Notes: a model not told the origin generated them from the sequence alone. DNA of 32,585 nucleotides from Octopus bimaculoides (GCF_001194135.2 NC_068981.1:177752172-177784756); one strand, 5' to 3'. Counted from the first letter of the stretch, positions 1 to 11,493 are shown. Numbers and translations are program-made.

Positions 1-482
1 ATCCCAAGTTTCTTCATTGACCACCAGATAAGGGATCGGGGGACCCTGTCAAAGGCTTTCTCCATGTCAACGAAAGCCAGGTACAGAGGTTTATCCTTAG
101 CTAGGTATTTCTCCTGCAACTGTCTCACTAGAAATAAGGCATCAGTAGTGCTTTTACCTGGCACGAACCCAAACTGCAGCGCATCTAAATTGATTCGCTT
201 CCTAATTAGTTGGGCTATGACCCTCTCCATAACTTTCATAACCTGATCTAACAGCTTGATGCCTCTGTAATTATTTGTATCTAAAGCATCACCTTTACCT
301 TTGTAGCAGTTGACTATAGTGCTGCTACACCAGTCATTGGGTATGACTCCTTCGTGTAACACCTGGTTCGTAATACGGGTGACTAGGCTGTAGCCAACAC
401 TGCCAAATATTTTGAGCATCTCTGCAGTGATTCCTGATGGGCCGGGGGCTTTCCCGGTCTTCATACTCTTAATTGCTTTATC
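1..482 (-). mobile_element. RTE-clade LINE reverse transcriptase fragment, stop-free, runs off the window edge; 5'-truncated against a (TA)n tract
   Basis: Manual minus-strand translation is open throughout: DKAIKSMKTGKAPGPSGITAEML...IPNDWCSSTIVNCYKGKGDALDTNNYRGIKLL...QFGFVPGKSTTDALFLVRQLQEKY...LYLAFVDMEKAFDRVPR. These are the K-APGP, NYRGI-LL, QFGF and F-D-EKAFD-V motifs of non-LTR RTs. It is absent from the ORF track because no stop lies in the window. Confidence 0.93.
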
Positions 483-1189
483 TATATATGTATATATATA
501 TGTATATATATTATAAAATAAGAGCAGGAAAATTATATCAAAAAATCATCACAAAAGATATACGTCTAAAATAATATTGTATTCATAGATAGATGTATAA
601 ATATAGAAAGTATGATTGTTTAAAAGGTTTAAAAGTTTAAAATATCTTACGATCGTTTCATGAATGTATTACCCTTCGAAATGGAATCTAAAATTGATAA
701 TCATTATTAGGTAATACATCCACACGTCAGAGAGAAAGAGGGTGAATTTCCATGTGGTCAATCGAATGTTTTTTAAAAATATACGAAAAAGATGTTGTTT
801 AAAGATGTTTAAAAAGTTACTGGTGTAGATATGCATTGGTACAATCTTGTGCTAAAAATTTTGAAGAAATAATATACATCCGTGGTAAAATCCTCTGTGG
901 TAATCCATAATGGCTGTGTGTAAATATAAATCCCATAATTCTGTTCTCTTCAATGTGTGATCCATAAATGCAGAAAATAAAAGTAGTTAAATTTTTGCCT
1001 TTTATAGTTGTATATATAAAACTGGAAGATGTCATTGTTATATTTTATGCAAATGTAAAAATAGCCATTTTCTGATCCAATATGGAGTAAATTAATGTAA
1101 TATCTAAATTATATTTAAAATTAGTTTGTTGTACTTATCACTGCATATTATCAATGGCTTTACTCTTTATTCATTTATTGCAACCAGAC

Positions 1190-1386
1190 TGGCTTTTGTG
1201 CCGGTGGCACGTAAAAGCACCCACTACACTCTCGGAGTGGTTGGAGTTAGGAAGGGCATCCAGCTGTAGAAACTCTGCCAAATCAGATTGAAGCCTGGTG
1301 TGGCCATCTGGTTCACCAGTCCTCAGTCAAATTGTCCAACCCATGCTAGCATGGAAAGCGGACGTTAAACGATGATGATGATGATG
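1190..1386 (+). mobile_element. 5'-truncated RTE LINE 3' tail (or tail-sharing SINE) ending in (GAT)n
   Basis: 1351-1375 ATGGAAAGCGGACGTTAAACGATGA is identical to 19928-19952, the 3' end following the RTE ORF at 18454-18953. It carries the family motifs AAAAGCACCC and GGAAGGGCATCCAGCTGTAGAAAC. Confidence 0.85.
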
Positions 1387-1623
1387 TTTCAGTGTGATCA
1401 TTGTAAGGGACAACTATAAGTCAGTAAGGAAGCCTTTTTGTTGTTCCTTCATCTGTTAGAATTAACCGCTAGTTCTCTCTTCAGCTTGAACAAGGAAGAA
1501 TACATTAAAATAATGTAGTCTGAATAGAACAAGATTGGATTGTCATGGATGGAAAGTCTTTTGATCATATGTCTAGGCTGACTTTGTGGCTAAACAACAA
1601 CAGCTGCAGGCAAATATGTTTAA

Positions 1624-1831
1624 CCCTTAACAGTGTCAGATGTAATACTTATTTATTTGGATTGCCTTGAATTAATCATGCATTATCTCACAGCTTCAAA
1701 ATTTCAATGATGTGATTGTTTATTTTTAGAATGACATTGTAGGATAAGTTTGAAAGGCAGGATCTAGCCAGCTTGAACATAAAGTAGGTAGAATATTTGG
1801 GAGGGATATGGCTGATATAAATGCTAAAGGG
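1624..1831. mobile_element. Non-autonomous piggyBac-like MITE (TTAA TSD, CCCTT termini), copy 1
   Basis: TTAA at 1620-1623 is followed by CCCTTAACAG; the right end is ATGCTAAAGGG followed by TTAA at 1832-1835. The internal sequence (AATTAATCATGCATTATCT...ATTTCAATGATGTGATTGTTTA.TTTTAGAATGACATTGTAGG) recurs at 27228-27445. Confidence 0.75.
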
Positions 1832-2855
1832 TTAAATTGAATAAGTTATGCAAATCACTAAGATTTACTGCATTACACAAAGCTCGTATAACCCAGAAAT
1901 AAAGTTACAAAGAGAATCATTATGGAATTTTGTGTAGATATTATTGGGAAAACCTGAGCAACAAAGTCTTATGTCTACTTTTAGACTTTGATTACCATAA
2001 AAAAAAAAAGTAATTATTGTGGGAAACGATCACTGAAATGAAAATGTCATAAGTGAAATACAGGAACTGATTGACACCCTGAAAAGTCTCAGACTAAGAT
2101 TGGCTTTTGTTGGTGGGCAATGGTGAGTTCTTGCTTATTGGATAGGAAGAATGGTAAGTTATTGTTTGATGATAGAGAAAATAGTAAGATTTTTTTACAC
2201 ATGTTTTAAAGGGAATATTAGCAATTCTGATGTAAACAAACAACATATCAGAAAGTGTCTTTAAAATTAATAGATTCTTCTGTCAAGAGAAAGCTTTAAA
2301 ATTATAATAAAATAATTTTACATAATTCTTTAGGGCTTTAAGTATAGCTACTTAAAACCCTACTATAAATATGAGCTTATCACTAAAAGTGAATTGTAAG
2401 GATTGAAAATAGAGAAAATATATATATTTTTTTTTATTGTTCAGTCTCTGTAAAAAGTTGTAAATTTACAAGCAAGTGTAGATATATAAATTCTGAAATA
2501 GGAAAATATTTTCATTTCCTCTATTTAGAATTTGATTGTAGAAACTAAAAGGTTTCTTTACAAAACAACATTGAATAACAAAAGAAAACAACATTCAGTA
2601 TCTAAAACATTCTAGCACACAATAAACTATTGAAAATACATGCATTTAATTTAGAACCAATGATAAATAACTTGAACAGCATATACCTATATCATGATTA
2701 AATTACGTATGCAGCTCCATTAAACCACATATTTCAACTACATCATCATGCCTCTCAGAAACCATTACAGAAGATAATTTTAATAAATATAAACAAGTTA
2801 CATTATTGACAAAAGACTAAGAGCACCCAAGAGGATATCATAGCTTCTCATTTAA

Positions 2856-2876
2856 TTTCTCTCTCTCTCTCTCTCC

Positions 2877-2912
<36 letters not shown>

Positions 2913-3197
2913 TCCTTCCTTCCTTCCTTCTTCCTTTCTTTCTCTCCTCTTTCTTTCTTACCTTCTTTCTTTCTTACCTTCTTTCTTTCTCTCATTTTCT
3001 TTCTTTCTCTTTTCTTTCTTTCTCTTTTCTTTCTTTCTCTTTTCTTTCTTTCTGTCTGTCTCTCTCTTTCTCTTTCTCTGTCTCTGTCTATCTGCCTGTC
3101 TATCTGTCTGTCTGTCTGTCTGTGTCTGTGTCTGTCTGTCTCTGTCTGTGTCTGTCTGTCTCTGTCTCTGTCTGTCTGTCTGTCTCACTCTCTCTCT

Positions 3198-3248
<51 letters not shown>

Positions 3249-3336
3249 TCTCTCTCTCCAGACACACACCCAACACAGGCAAACACACACACATATGTGC
3301 ATGCATACATGTGTGCGTGATGCGTGTATGATGTGT

Positions 3337-3370
<34 letters not shown>

Positions 3371-3372
3371 TG
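2856..3372. repeat. Compound microsatellite block: (CT)n, (CTTT)n, (CCTT)n, (CTGT)n, (CT)n, then (CA)n/(TG)n
   Basis: Directly visible. About 200 nt at 2856-3050 is almost purely pyrimidine on the + strand. This block explains the ORFs at 2958-3444. Confidence 0.97.
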
Positions 3373-4341
3373 CATGGTTCCCATTACACGTTGCACCACA
3401 TGAAGCAAGCTACAATTACTTGTAACTTGCTTCATATGGCATAAGTATATGGCTTAAATAATTTTTATTTCCTAAGCCTTCTACTAGAACTATTTGCAAA
3501 ACTCTCTTTAAACAACTCTCCCATCATCACTTCAACATGCTAGCATATCAATAAGACAGACACAAACAAACACTTAAATTACAGGAAAATCCAACAAAAC
3601 CAGTTCTATAAAGAGACCCAAATCAAATTTACAGACTGCAACATCTCTCAAATTATTTAAGCATCAGAGCACAGATATTCAATAAAATGCTGATATCTAT
3701 TAAAAAAAAATCTGTCAAATGGTTTCTTCAAAAGACAATACCTGCAACAATGCAGTATATAAACCAAAGAATGTAAAAGAAAGTAAAAGGTAACAAAATA
3801 AGTCAAGCAGTCCTTCATATCCACACAACATACAACCAGCATTGAAGCATTATGTTAAATGATTAGCAGTATTAATAATTTTAATATCTTATGGCAACAT
3901 CACAAGATCTGAGCAACTAAGTAAACATCTTCATCAAGCAAGTCAGTAAAATATCTAAAAATGGGATCCCAAAGTACTATATATATACACTTTCTACTTG
4001 GGTAAGATGTAGAATGAAGATAATCACAGAATAGAAGGTTAAAGTTTTTATCTATGTAAGCATGTTTTTCACTACTGTTTCCATTGTTTTAGAAAAAGAA
4101 GCATGCATATGAATGAAATTCCAGGTGACTGTTGTTGTAGAGAGGAAGGATTTGGAAAAGTGGTTAGTTTTGGACCTGATGGCAACAAAGAGTGGATAAT
4201 GGAAAGAATAGAAATGTTTGTGTTAGTGGGCCTAAGTAGAGGCACATGCGACTGAGGTACAAACAACACATACCACTGTCTGATTCAGACAAATAGAGGT
4301 CAGTGCAGGGCATTGCGCGTAAACTCATGTGAAACAAACGG

Positions 4342-4545
4342 TAGATGAGGATCTTTACTGCAGACTAGTTATTGACTGGTTAGCAGAAAAGGGACTTCTG
4401 GTTAGGTGGCAAATGAGACCCATGCCTAAATGGTGGATCATGCTCTCTCTCACATTGTAGATGATTAACTCATTTGCTGCTTAACCAGCAGTCCCTTGTC
4501 TGTCAACCAGTTTGATAATTAATCTGCAGTGAAGGTCCTCATCTA
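4342..4545. other. Long imperfect inverted repeat (76/77-nt arms, 51-nt loop); RNA hairpin or TA-flanked MITE
   Basis: Left arm 4342-4417 aligned to the reverse complement of right arm 4469-4545 gives 63 of 77 columns identical (13 substitutions, 1 indel). Confidence 0.85.
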
Positions 4546-5803
4546 AGGTTCATTTCTTATGTGTTCACAGGCAATGCTCTACATCAGCTTAAGAAAACAA
4601 CTCATCTGTGGGTAAGAAGCTGCAAAGTGTTGATGAATGAGTCTTTGCCTGTCAAATCAGAGGATTTTCATTTTGGTTCAAATATATTTTGTCTAACAGT
4701 TGCACCATCCCATAAGTGGATGCAATATACCATTTCGGTACTCATTTGAGCTTTGTGCAAAATTAGCAGTTGTTTGGGGATGGGGTATTTTCTGGTTAAG
4801 ATCAGAAAGGTTGTTTAGAGTTGTATTTTTGTTAAATTGTTTCCCAGAGGGGTCACTTGAAAACTATGCAGAACAATTATTTTTATTGACTACGCTACTT
4901 ATTTAGTTAAACTTTGTTCACCCAAAGAGAACACATTTCTCTGCATCTTTAGTGTAGATTGTAGAGGACATTGTTTTTGGATCAGAGGACATCTTAAGAG
5001 GTGTTCCATAGCTGGTAGATTGAAAGCAAAGTAAAGAGTGTCCATGTTAAAACCCACCAATTCTTTCACCAGTGCCCACAAGAAACACAAAATAGTACAA
5101 GGCACATTGTAACAACATACCAAGAGATATATGTAGCAATTTTCTGTGTTAGAAATTCAGATCCTTTACAAAACCAATCTTGGCAGTTATCGCTGCAAAT
5201 GGTTCTCATTTTCCAAAAATTATTGCTGTACTATCAAGCATCAAACTGGGCACTGCCTACTTCTATGATAATTTAACCCAAGAACATGTTAAATACTACA
5301 TCATCTTCAGAATAGTAATTCCAGTGTGACTCTAACTTTAAAGTTTTGCCTTTGAACAAAATATGTTCTGAACTAAGCAAAATTCTTTAGCAACATTTTA
5401 ACTTCAACAATGAATTATTCTCTTTTAGTCAAACTAAACTATTGATTTATAACAATGCATAATACCTCAGATTTATAAAAGTTGAAGAATGGGATGTTGT
5501 TACATTGATTTCAGTATTAGTAGAGTAAAGTGGTTTCAACAAATATTGAGAACCAGGTTGACTGATTCAACTTAACTGTTTGCTCTACGCACTCAATATT
5601 CATGAGAAAATATTGATTCATTTTACTAACAATGAAATGCCTTTTCACATAATCTCAGTATATATCACTGGTACTAAATGTAATTTTGACTGCATCATCT
5701 ATGTTTTCACCTTGACTGAACCACACTTTGTAACTAGTACTAATTGTAAATTTGATTGAATCATAGCATATAACTAGTACTGACTGTACATTTTACTAAA
5801 CCA

Positions 5804-6036
5804 CATCGTCAGCAGCATTGTTTAATATCTGTCTTCCATGCTAGTATGGGTTGGACAGTTTGAGAGGACCTGACAGACTAGAGGACTGTCAAGTTCCAGT
5901 GTCTGCCTTGGCATAGTTTCTGTGGCTGGATAATCTTCCTAACACCAACCACACTACAGAGTGTTTTAGGTGCTTTTTTTGTGGCACCAGCACTATTGAG
6001 GTCACCAAGTAATTTGCAAGACAAAAACTCTCAACT
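5804..6036 (-). mobile_element. Diverged copy of the RTE 3' tail family
   Basis: Reverse-complement match to the 1190-1386 and 29860-30130 tails (CTTCCATGCTAGTATGGGTTGGACA; CTTCCTAACACCAACCAC; GGTGCTTTT). Confidence 0.75.
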
Positions 6037-6939
6037 GTGTGGGGATGTAGTATTTGAAGGAGATGGCCAGGGGTTGAAAGATTAAAGTAAAGTGTGATTG
6101 AAGAACAGGAACAGTTGTCTTACAGTAGAGGAGATGCATGGCTACCCTAGCAGGAAATTGAGGAAAGAAATAGCATGTGATGAAGTGTCGATGTACAACG
6201 TGAGTATAAGAAAGAATCAGAAAGGGTGGGTATGTAGGTAAGTTTGTGAGAGTTTGAAAGGGGAGTGACAGATGGTTAAAGATGGAGATAGAGGTGAATG
6301 CAGTGAACAGGGAACACGGGTGGGGACATGGTTAATGGGGAACAACAGTTAAGTGGAAAAGTGAAGAAAATAGGAATGGGTCAGAAAGAGGGAGAGGTGG
6401 AGATAAGTGGCAATACAAAAGAAAGGGAAATGGAGGGTGGCAGTATAATAAAACCATAGAGAGATGAGAAATATAGAGATGATTTGAAGCAAGGAGGTAA
6501 GAGAGAGGGATGCACAGTTACAGAGGTAGAGGTCAGAGAAATGTAGGAGTGGAAATAGTAAGAAAGGAACAAAAGATAGTAGGTTGGCCATTGAAGGAAG
6601 ATATGAAAGAGCATTCCAGAAGGGGAGGGAAGAGGCATTCAGTAGAAAATAAAATCGTAAGGAGTGATATTAAGAATGTCTGTTGGTTGAGGAAGTGGTT
6701 CAAAGAAGAGGGATAACTGATTGCACTGAAGGAAGTTATATATTTACATCATCTGAGTGAGTGGTACCAAAAAGAGTGATGGAGTGATGGTTATTAGAAA
6801 GATGATTGATAGAGGAAAATTTGACAGGGACAAATTGGATTTTGTGGGGGGACAGACATAAATGACATGCTTTTAGGACCTCATTTTTGCTGAGATGGAT
6901 GGGTTTTCTCAGTCCCTTGTCATTTCTTCCATGAATCTC

Positions 6940-7870
6940 AACAATCTGAGGTTAGTTTCCACTACTTTGCCCCATGTTTCCTGGGTCTCCTTCTTCCACA
7001 AGTTCCATTTACACTTAATGATTAGCACTTCTTTATGCAGCTGTCCACATCCCATGACCATACCAGAACAGATCTATCCACATCACATGACCATATCAGG
7101 ACAGTCTTTTCTCTTGCAGTCAACAACTGATGCCTTTTTGCCCAATTTTTCTATGCTAGCTTCATTTCTTTCTAGTCTTCACTTGGCCTCTGCATTCATG
7201 GCTTGCATTTCACTACCATGTAGCATTGTTTTCATATACAAGCATCATGCAATTTACTTTTCACTCTGGGAAATTTTTTTATTACTAACAGAGGTAATAG
7301 CTCCCTGAGCTTTCTCCATCTGGTTCTTATTCTAGCAATTATACTTTCAGAACATCATATTCCATTGCTTAGGTAACAAACTGTCTACTACCACTAAGGA
7401 TCCTCCTGGACATTTGAGAAAATCTATTTCCAATGTGTTCTCAATGTTTATTGCTCCTATGCATCTGTTACAAACAAAGTCCACTTTCTCTGTTAGCTTT
7501 CATGTAATTCCACTGCACCTTTTGCGTCCATAGTTTGCACTGGGAACACTGTATGGAATTTCTACCAATACCTTTTCTACATACTGAACATGGCCATTTA
7601 CCTGTCTACTTTTCTGCTTACTAGAACTTTGGCTTTTGCTAAGTTAACTTTAAGGCCCTTTGATTTGAGGTTTTACTTCTACATTAAAATGTTTTCTTAT
7701 TCTGCAATAGATTCAGCTATAAGAACAAGATAATCATACAGCAGTTCCCAAGAGTAACCAGTTTTAAATTCCTCAGTTAGTGAGAGAATAAGGTGAATAG
7801 GAATGGGTTGAGATCTGAGCCCTGGAAAACTCTTACCTGTCCTACTCTATGCAAAGTTGAAAGAGTAACC
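6940..7870 (-). mobile_element. Degraded RTE LINE RT C-terminal half
   Basis: Minus-strand translation shows decayed QGS-L-P-LF (~7810-7830), WELLY(A)DDLVLIAE-like (~7715-7755), ELLPLL (~7285-7305) and GRPRKTW (~6975-6990) motifs, with many frameshifts and stops. It is colinear with 18454-18953 and 28540-29686. Confidence 0.8.
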
Positions 7871-8023
7871 ATTATTGTTCATGTTCCCAACCCCATACTT
7901 CCAAGATATCACCATGTGTTCTAATCAGTGGCAACTGTAGAATTAAAACCACTAAGCAAAATAATTTTATCAGAATTAGTTATATCACACAAACTCTTTT
8001 AAAGCTTCATTAAAATTTGAGTT

Positions 8024-8407
8024 TTACTTTTCACTGATATCTAGAGTTGGTGCATGTGTACTTATAATTATTGCATAGCAATAATCTCTTAATTTTAAGT
8101 GAAGAGCCATTATTCTCTCATTAATACTCTTTGGTAAGTTGGTCAACTTTGACACTATCTCATTTTTAATGGTAAATCCTACACTCACTTCCATATGTTG
8201 TCCGTATTTATCCTTCCAGAATATTGTATACCTTGCACCTAGTTTTATAACCTGACTGTCACCCAATAAGCAAGTCTGTGAGAGTGCTGCAATATCTACT
8301 GAATATTTTTGTAGTTTGTGAGCAAGAATGGCTGTTTTATGCTCAAGACAAGCTCCTGCATTATCAGCTAATATGTAAACATTCCAACAAGAAATCTTAA
8401 GTCCCAT
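8024..8407 (-). mobile_element. APE-like endonuclease N-terminal domain of an RTE/BovB-type LINE (remnant)
   Basis: ORF LKISCWNVYIL...KLQKYSVDIAALSQT...YTIFW...SVGFTIK...INERIMAL...IISTHAPTL matches the WNV-TL, DIAALSET, GVGF and ISAYAPT motifs of RTE-clade endonucleases. Confidence 0.85.
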
Positions 8408-9140
8408 TGGTTGGCTAGCATTAGCATTACTAACTCTATCATTTCAAGTGTAGTATGGACATATGCCAGCTGCACTAAACTAACTAGATTTTTATAAGCA
8501 ATTTTGGGGTTAACTTTTCTAAGCATTTCCAAATATATTGGTAAGCAATGTTGTTCCAAAAAAAGGTTGTTCAAATACCTAATGGAGAAACCAAATCCCA
8601 TCATTACCTTGGATTGATGAGAAAGTGACTTTACACCTATCAAAAGGCTGCCTGTAGGCAGGTTGGTGACGAGATAGCTCTAACTTGTAAGGCCTGTCTT
8701 GATGGGTAGGAGTGAAGAGAAGAGAGAAGGAGAGCAGGAGTGAAGAGAAGAAGTAGGAGTCGGAGCAACAGAGGAGAGGTGGGTGGGAGGAAGTATATGT
8801 GAGGGGAAGAGAGGAGAGGGGAGGAGGTTAGATGAAGAGGGAAGGAGAGTTGAGCCCATGTGGCACAAAGGAGCAAAGAGAGAAGATTAATCCCTGTTCA
8901 CGGTGCAGACAGGTGTCAGGATGGCCCCTATGCAAGAACAATCCAAACACAGACAGGTGTTGCAAAGAGTGACTGGTAGAGCGGAAATGGTGTGAGACCG
9001 GGATGTAATTGCTGAGTCAGATGTCTCAGCGGTGTTTCGCAAACCAGTCAGCTAAGCAGGGTCTCGTTTGCCTGATGTATAGAGAAGGACAGAGAGAGCA
9101 GGAGATGCAGTAGATGATATATGTATACACACACACACAC

Positions 9141-9220
<80 letters not shown>
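9141..9220. repeat. (AGAT)20 tetranucleotide microsatellite, preceded by (AC)n
   Basis: Perfect array directly visible. Confidence 0.97.
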
Positions 9221-10179
9221 GTGTATGTATGCTCTTCTGTGTTTAATCATTTTAATTCCTCCAGTGAAAACATGAACAATAGAATGCAAAGGTACTGAGA
9301 GAAAAGCTAGATATAGATTTTAGGAATCAGATGTTGTGTATAAGAAAGAGGCCTGTGAAGAGTATGGAGGAGGTTCAGTTGTATAGAGAATGCCAAGTAC
9401 TTGAAGTAAATGTAAACTGCGGAAGAGAGAGAAACCTAGGAAAGCATAAAATGTAATGTACAAGTCTGATGTCGAGATGCTGTTTTATGAAGGAGATGAC
9501 AAAGACTAATATGAAATGACATTGAGTTTTGGTAACGATTCATGCACCAGTACAAATATAGCAAAAAGTTGTTAAATGGTGGTAATAATGATGGAGTTTG
9601 GGTCTCTTGTTTATCTACTACCCTTTTTATCACCTTCTGCTTCAGCCTTTCTACTATTCACTGTACTACACAGCCTGTGTATCGAAGGATAACACTGGGC
9701 CTTCCTCACAATCACCCTTTATATCATACTTTACCTCCCTTCCATCATGATGCCTGTGTAACATGGGATGGTATCAGAGTTATCGGTATTCATTATTCCT
9801 TACCATAACCCTTCTTTACTATTAACCATTACCTTCACTCTTCCCCATATCACACTTCATTGACATTCATCACTCTCAGTTACTATTACCTATCTCTACT
9901 GTTATGCATCATTCACTCTCTCTTACCATCACCCATCTCTGTTGCTACCTCTTCACACTGTTGTTGCTATTTTTCTATTCAACAACCAACATATAGCTAT
10001 CATTGTTTCACTTCCATTACTCTCTCTCCTACTGTCCTCTTACTGCTACTACTTAGTTCACCAACCCCATTATATCTTTCACCCTCTTGGCCATCTGTCT
10101 TCTATCCTCAAACTCAATCACGTTTGTCTTGTTCAAACAAAGACAACATAGAGAAGACTCTATTGTCTTACAAAAGACA

Positions 10180-10665
10180 AGGCAACCTCTCTCGTGTTGG
10201 TGCCATGATAAAGTACATGCAGTACACCATGTACAGTAGTTGGTGAACAAACAAGGGCAATGTAGGCTAGAGAAGCCCCTTTAGTCTTTCTGAGGACATG
10301 ATAACTTTTCTCACATTGGTACCATGATAAATTGTACCTAATACACTGTGAACTCATTGGCATAAGAAAAGGCATGTAGCCAAAGATACCATACTAGAAT
10401 GTGACTAAAACCAGGACATGGCCATCCAAGTCATCAAGGAGGATAGTAACTGGAAATAAGAACTGATTTGGACTATGAGGATCTGTCCAGCCCATACCTG
10501 CATGGAAGGTGGTCTTAAAATGATGAAGACGATGACAGTGATGACAACACTGATGATAACAATAAAAATAATGACAACAATGAATATGATGACAGTGGTG
10601 ATAATGATGATACTAATGATGATAATGATGACGATGATGACAACAATAATGATGATGATATAATT
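10180..10665 (+). mobile_element. Old RTE 3' tail copy with an internal duplication and an expanded, degenerate (GAT/ATG)n tail
   Basis: GGTGCCATGATAAA at ~10200 and GGTACCATGATAAA at ~10318; ends CCCATACCTGCATGGAAGGTGGTCTTAAAATGATGA followed by ~140 nt of ATG/GAT-type triplets. Confidence 0.65.
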
Positions 10666-11419
10666 CTTTTTATGTTGGTGTACTAAAATCCATAACTATT
10701 TGACAATTACTGGTAATAACACTCAATGTTTTTATAAAAAATTTCTTCATTCTGGGAGGTCAAAGCAATTTGCCTATCTTATATCTCTTTGTCATGATTA
10801 ACAATTATCTTTCAGTTTTTATATTTTCGAAAAACACCATAGTGATTTGAAATATAGTTTCCAATCAGACAAACAAATTATAAAGATTAATTATTTTTGT
10901 GGTTATGTAAAACAATATATATATATATATATATTCTGTTAATTTTTGTTAATACCTTTATTTATTCAGCTTGTGAAAGATCCCTGATACCTTCAAAACA
11001 CATCTCTGATGTCATACCAATATTAATACACAGAGAAAGAAACAGACTAGTAAACAAGCAAACAAAAAAAAATCTGTCACATTCTAATGATACAAAATCA
11101 ATGTTGCTTTTTAAAAATGGCTTCAGGATGCTTGCACATTTACACAAAATGAAAGAGGTGGGAGGAGTAAATATAAAAACCAATAAATAAGTTTTAAAAA
11201 ATACAGGAAAAAAACATAGAAGAAAAATGAAAAAAAGATAAAATGATAATAAAAACAAAAGTTAGTCATTGAAAATTTCAAAATGTGTGCATTTTTAGAC
11301 CAAAGAAATCAATATATAATGAGATTAGTATTTCATTTTACCTTTGTATTGAGGAATCTAGTACTAGTGACAACCATGAAATATCTACACTGTAATATTC
11401 GTACATACAATTCAAATGT

Positions 11420-11493
11420 ACCATACACCCATATATACATCTATGTATGTTAGTGTATTAATGTGTGCATGAGAGTGAGTGTATGTAAGCATG

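Noticed and set aside
2064-2122. Plus-strand exon-like segment CAG|ELIDTLKSLRLRLAFVGGQ|GTGAGT
   Set aside because: The donor is good but there is no polypyrimidine tract, no recognisable homology, and it is opposite to the better-supported exon.
2958-3444. ORFs rich in ER, SL, HT and CV dipeptides (likewise 9026-9289, 11412-12181, 27479-27691)
   Set aside because: They are translations of dinucleotide and tetranucleotide microsatellites.
4571-4611. Plus-strand 41-nt exon candidate (TTCACAG|...|GTAAGA) right after the hairpin
   Set aside because: The length is not a multiple of 3, the peptide is unrecognisable, and such site pairs are expected by chance in 32 kb. It is kept only as context for the hairpin.
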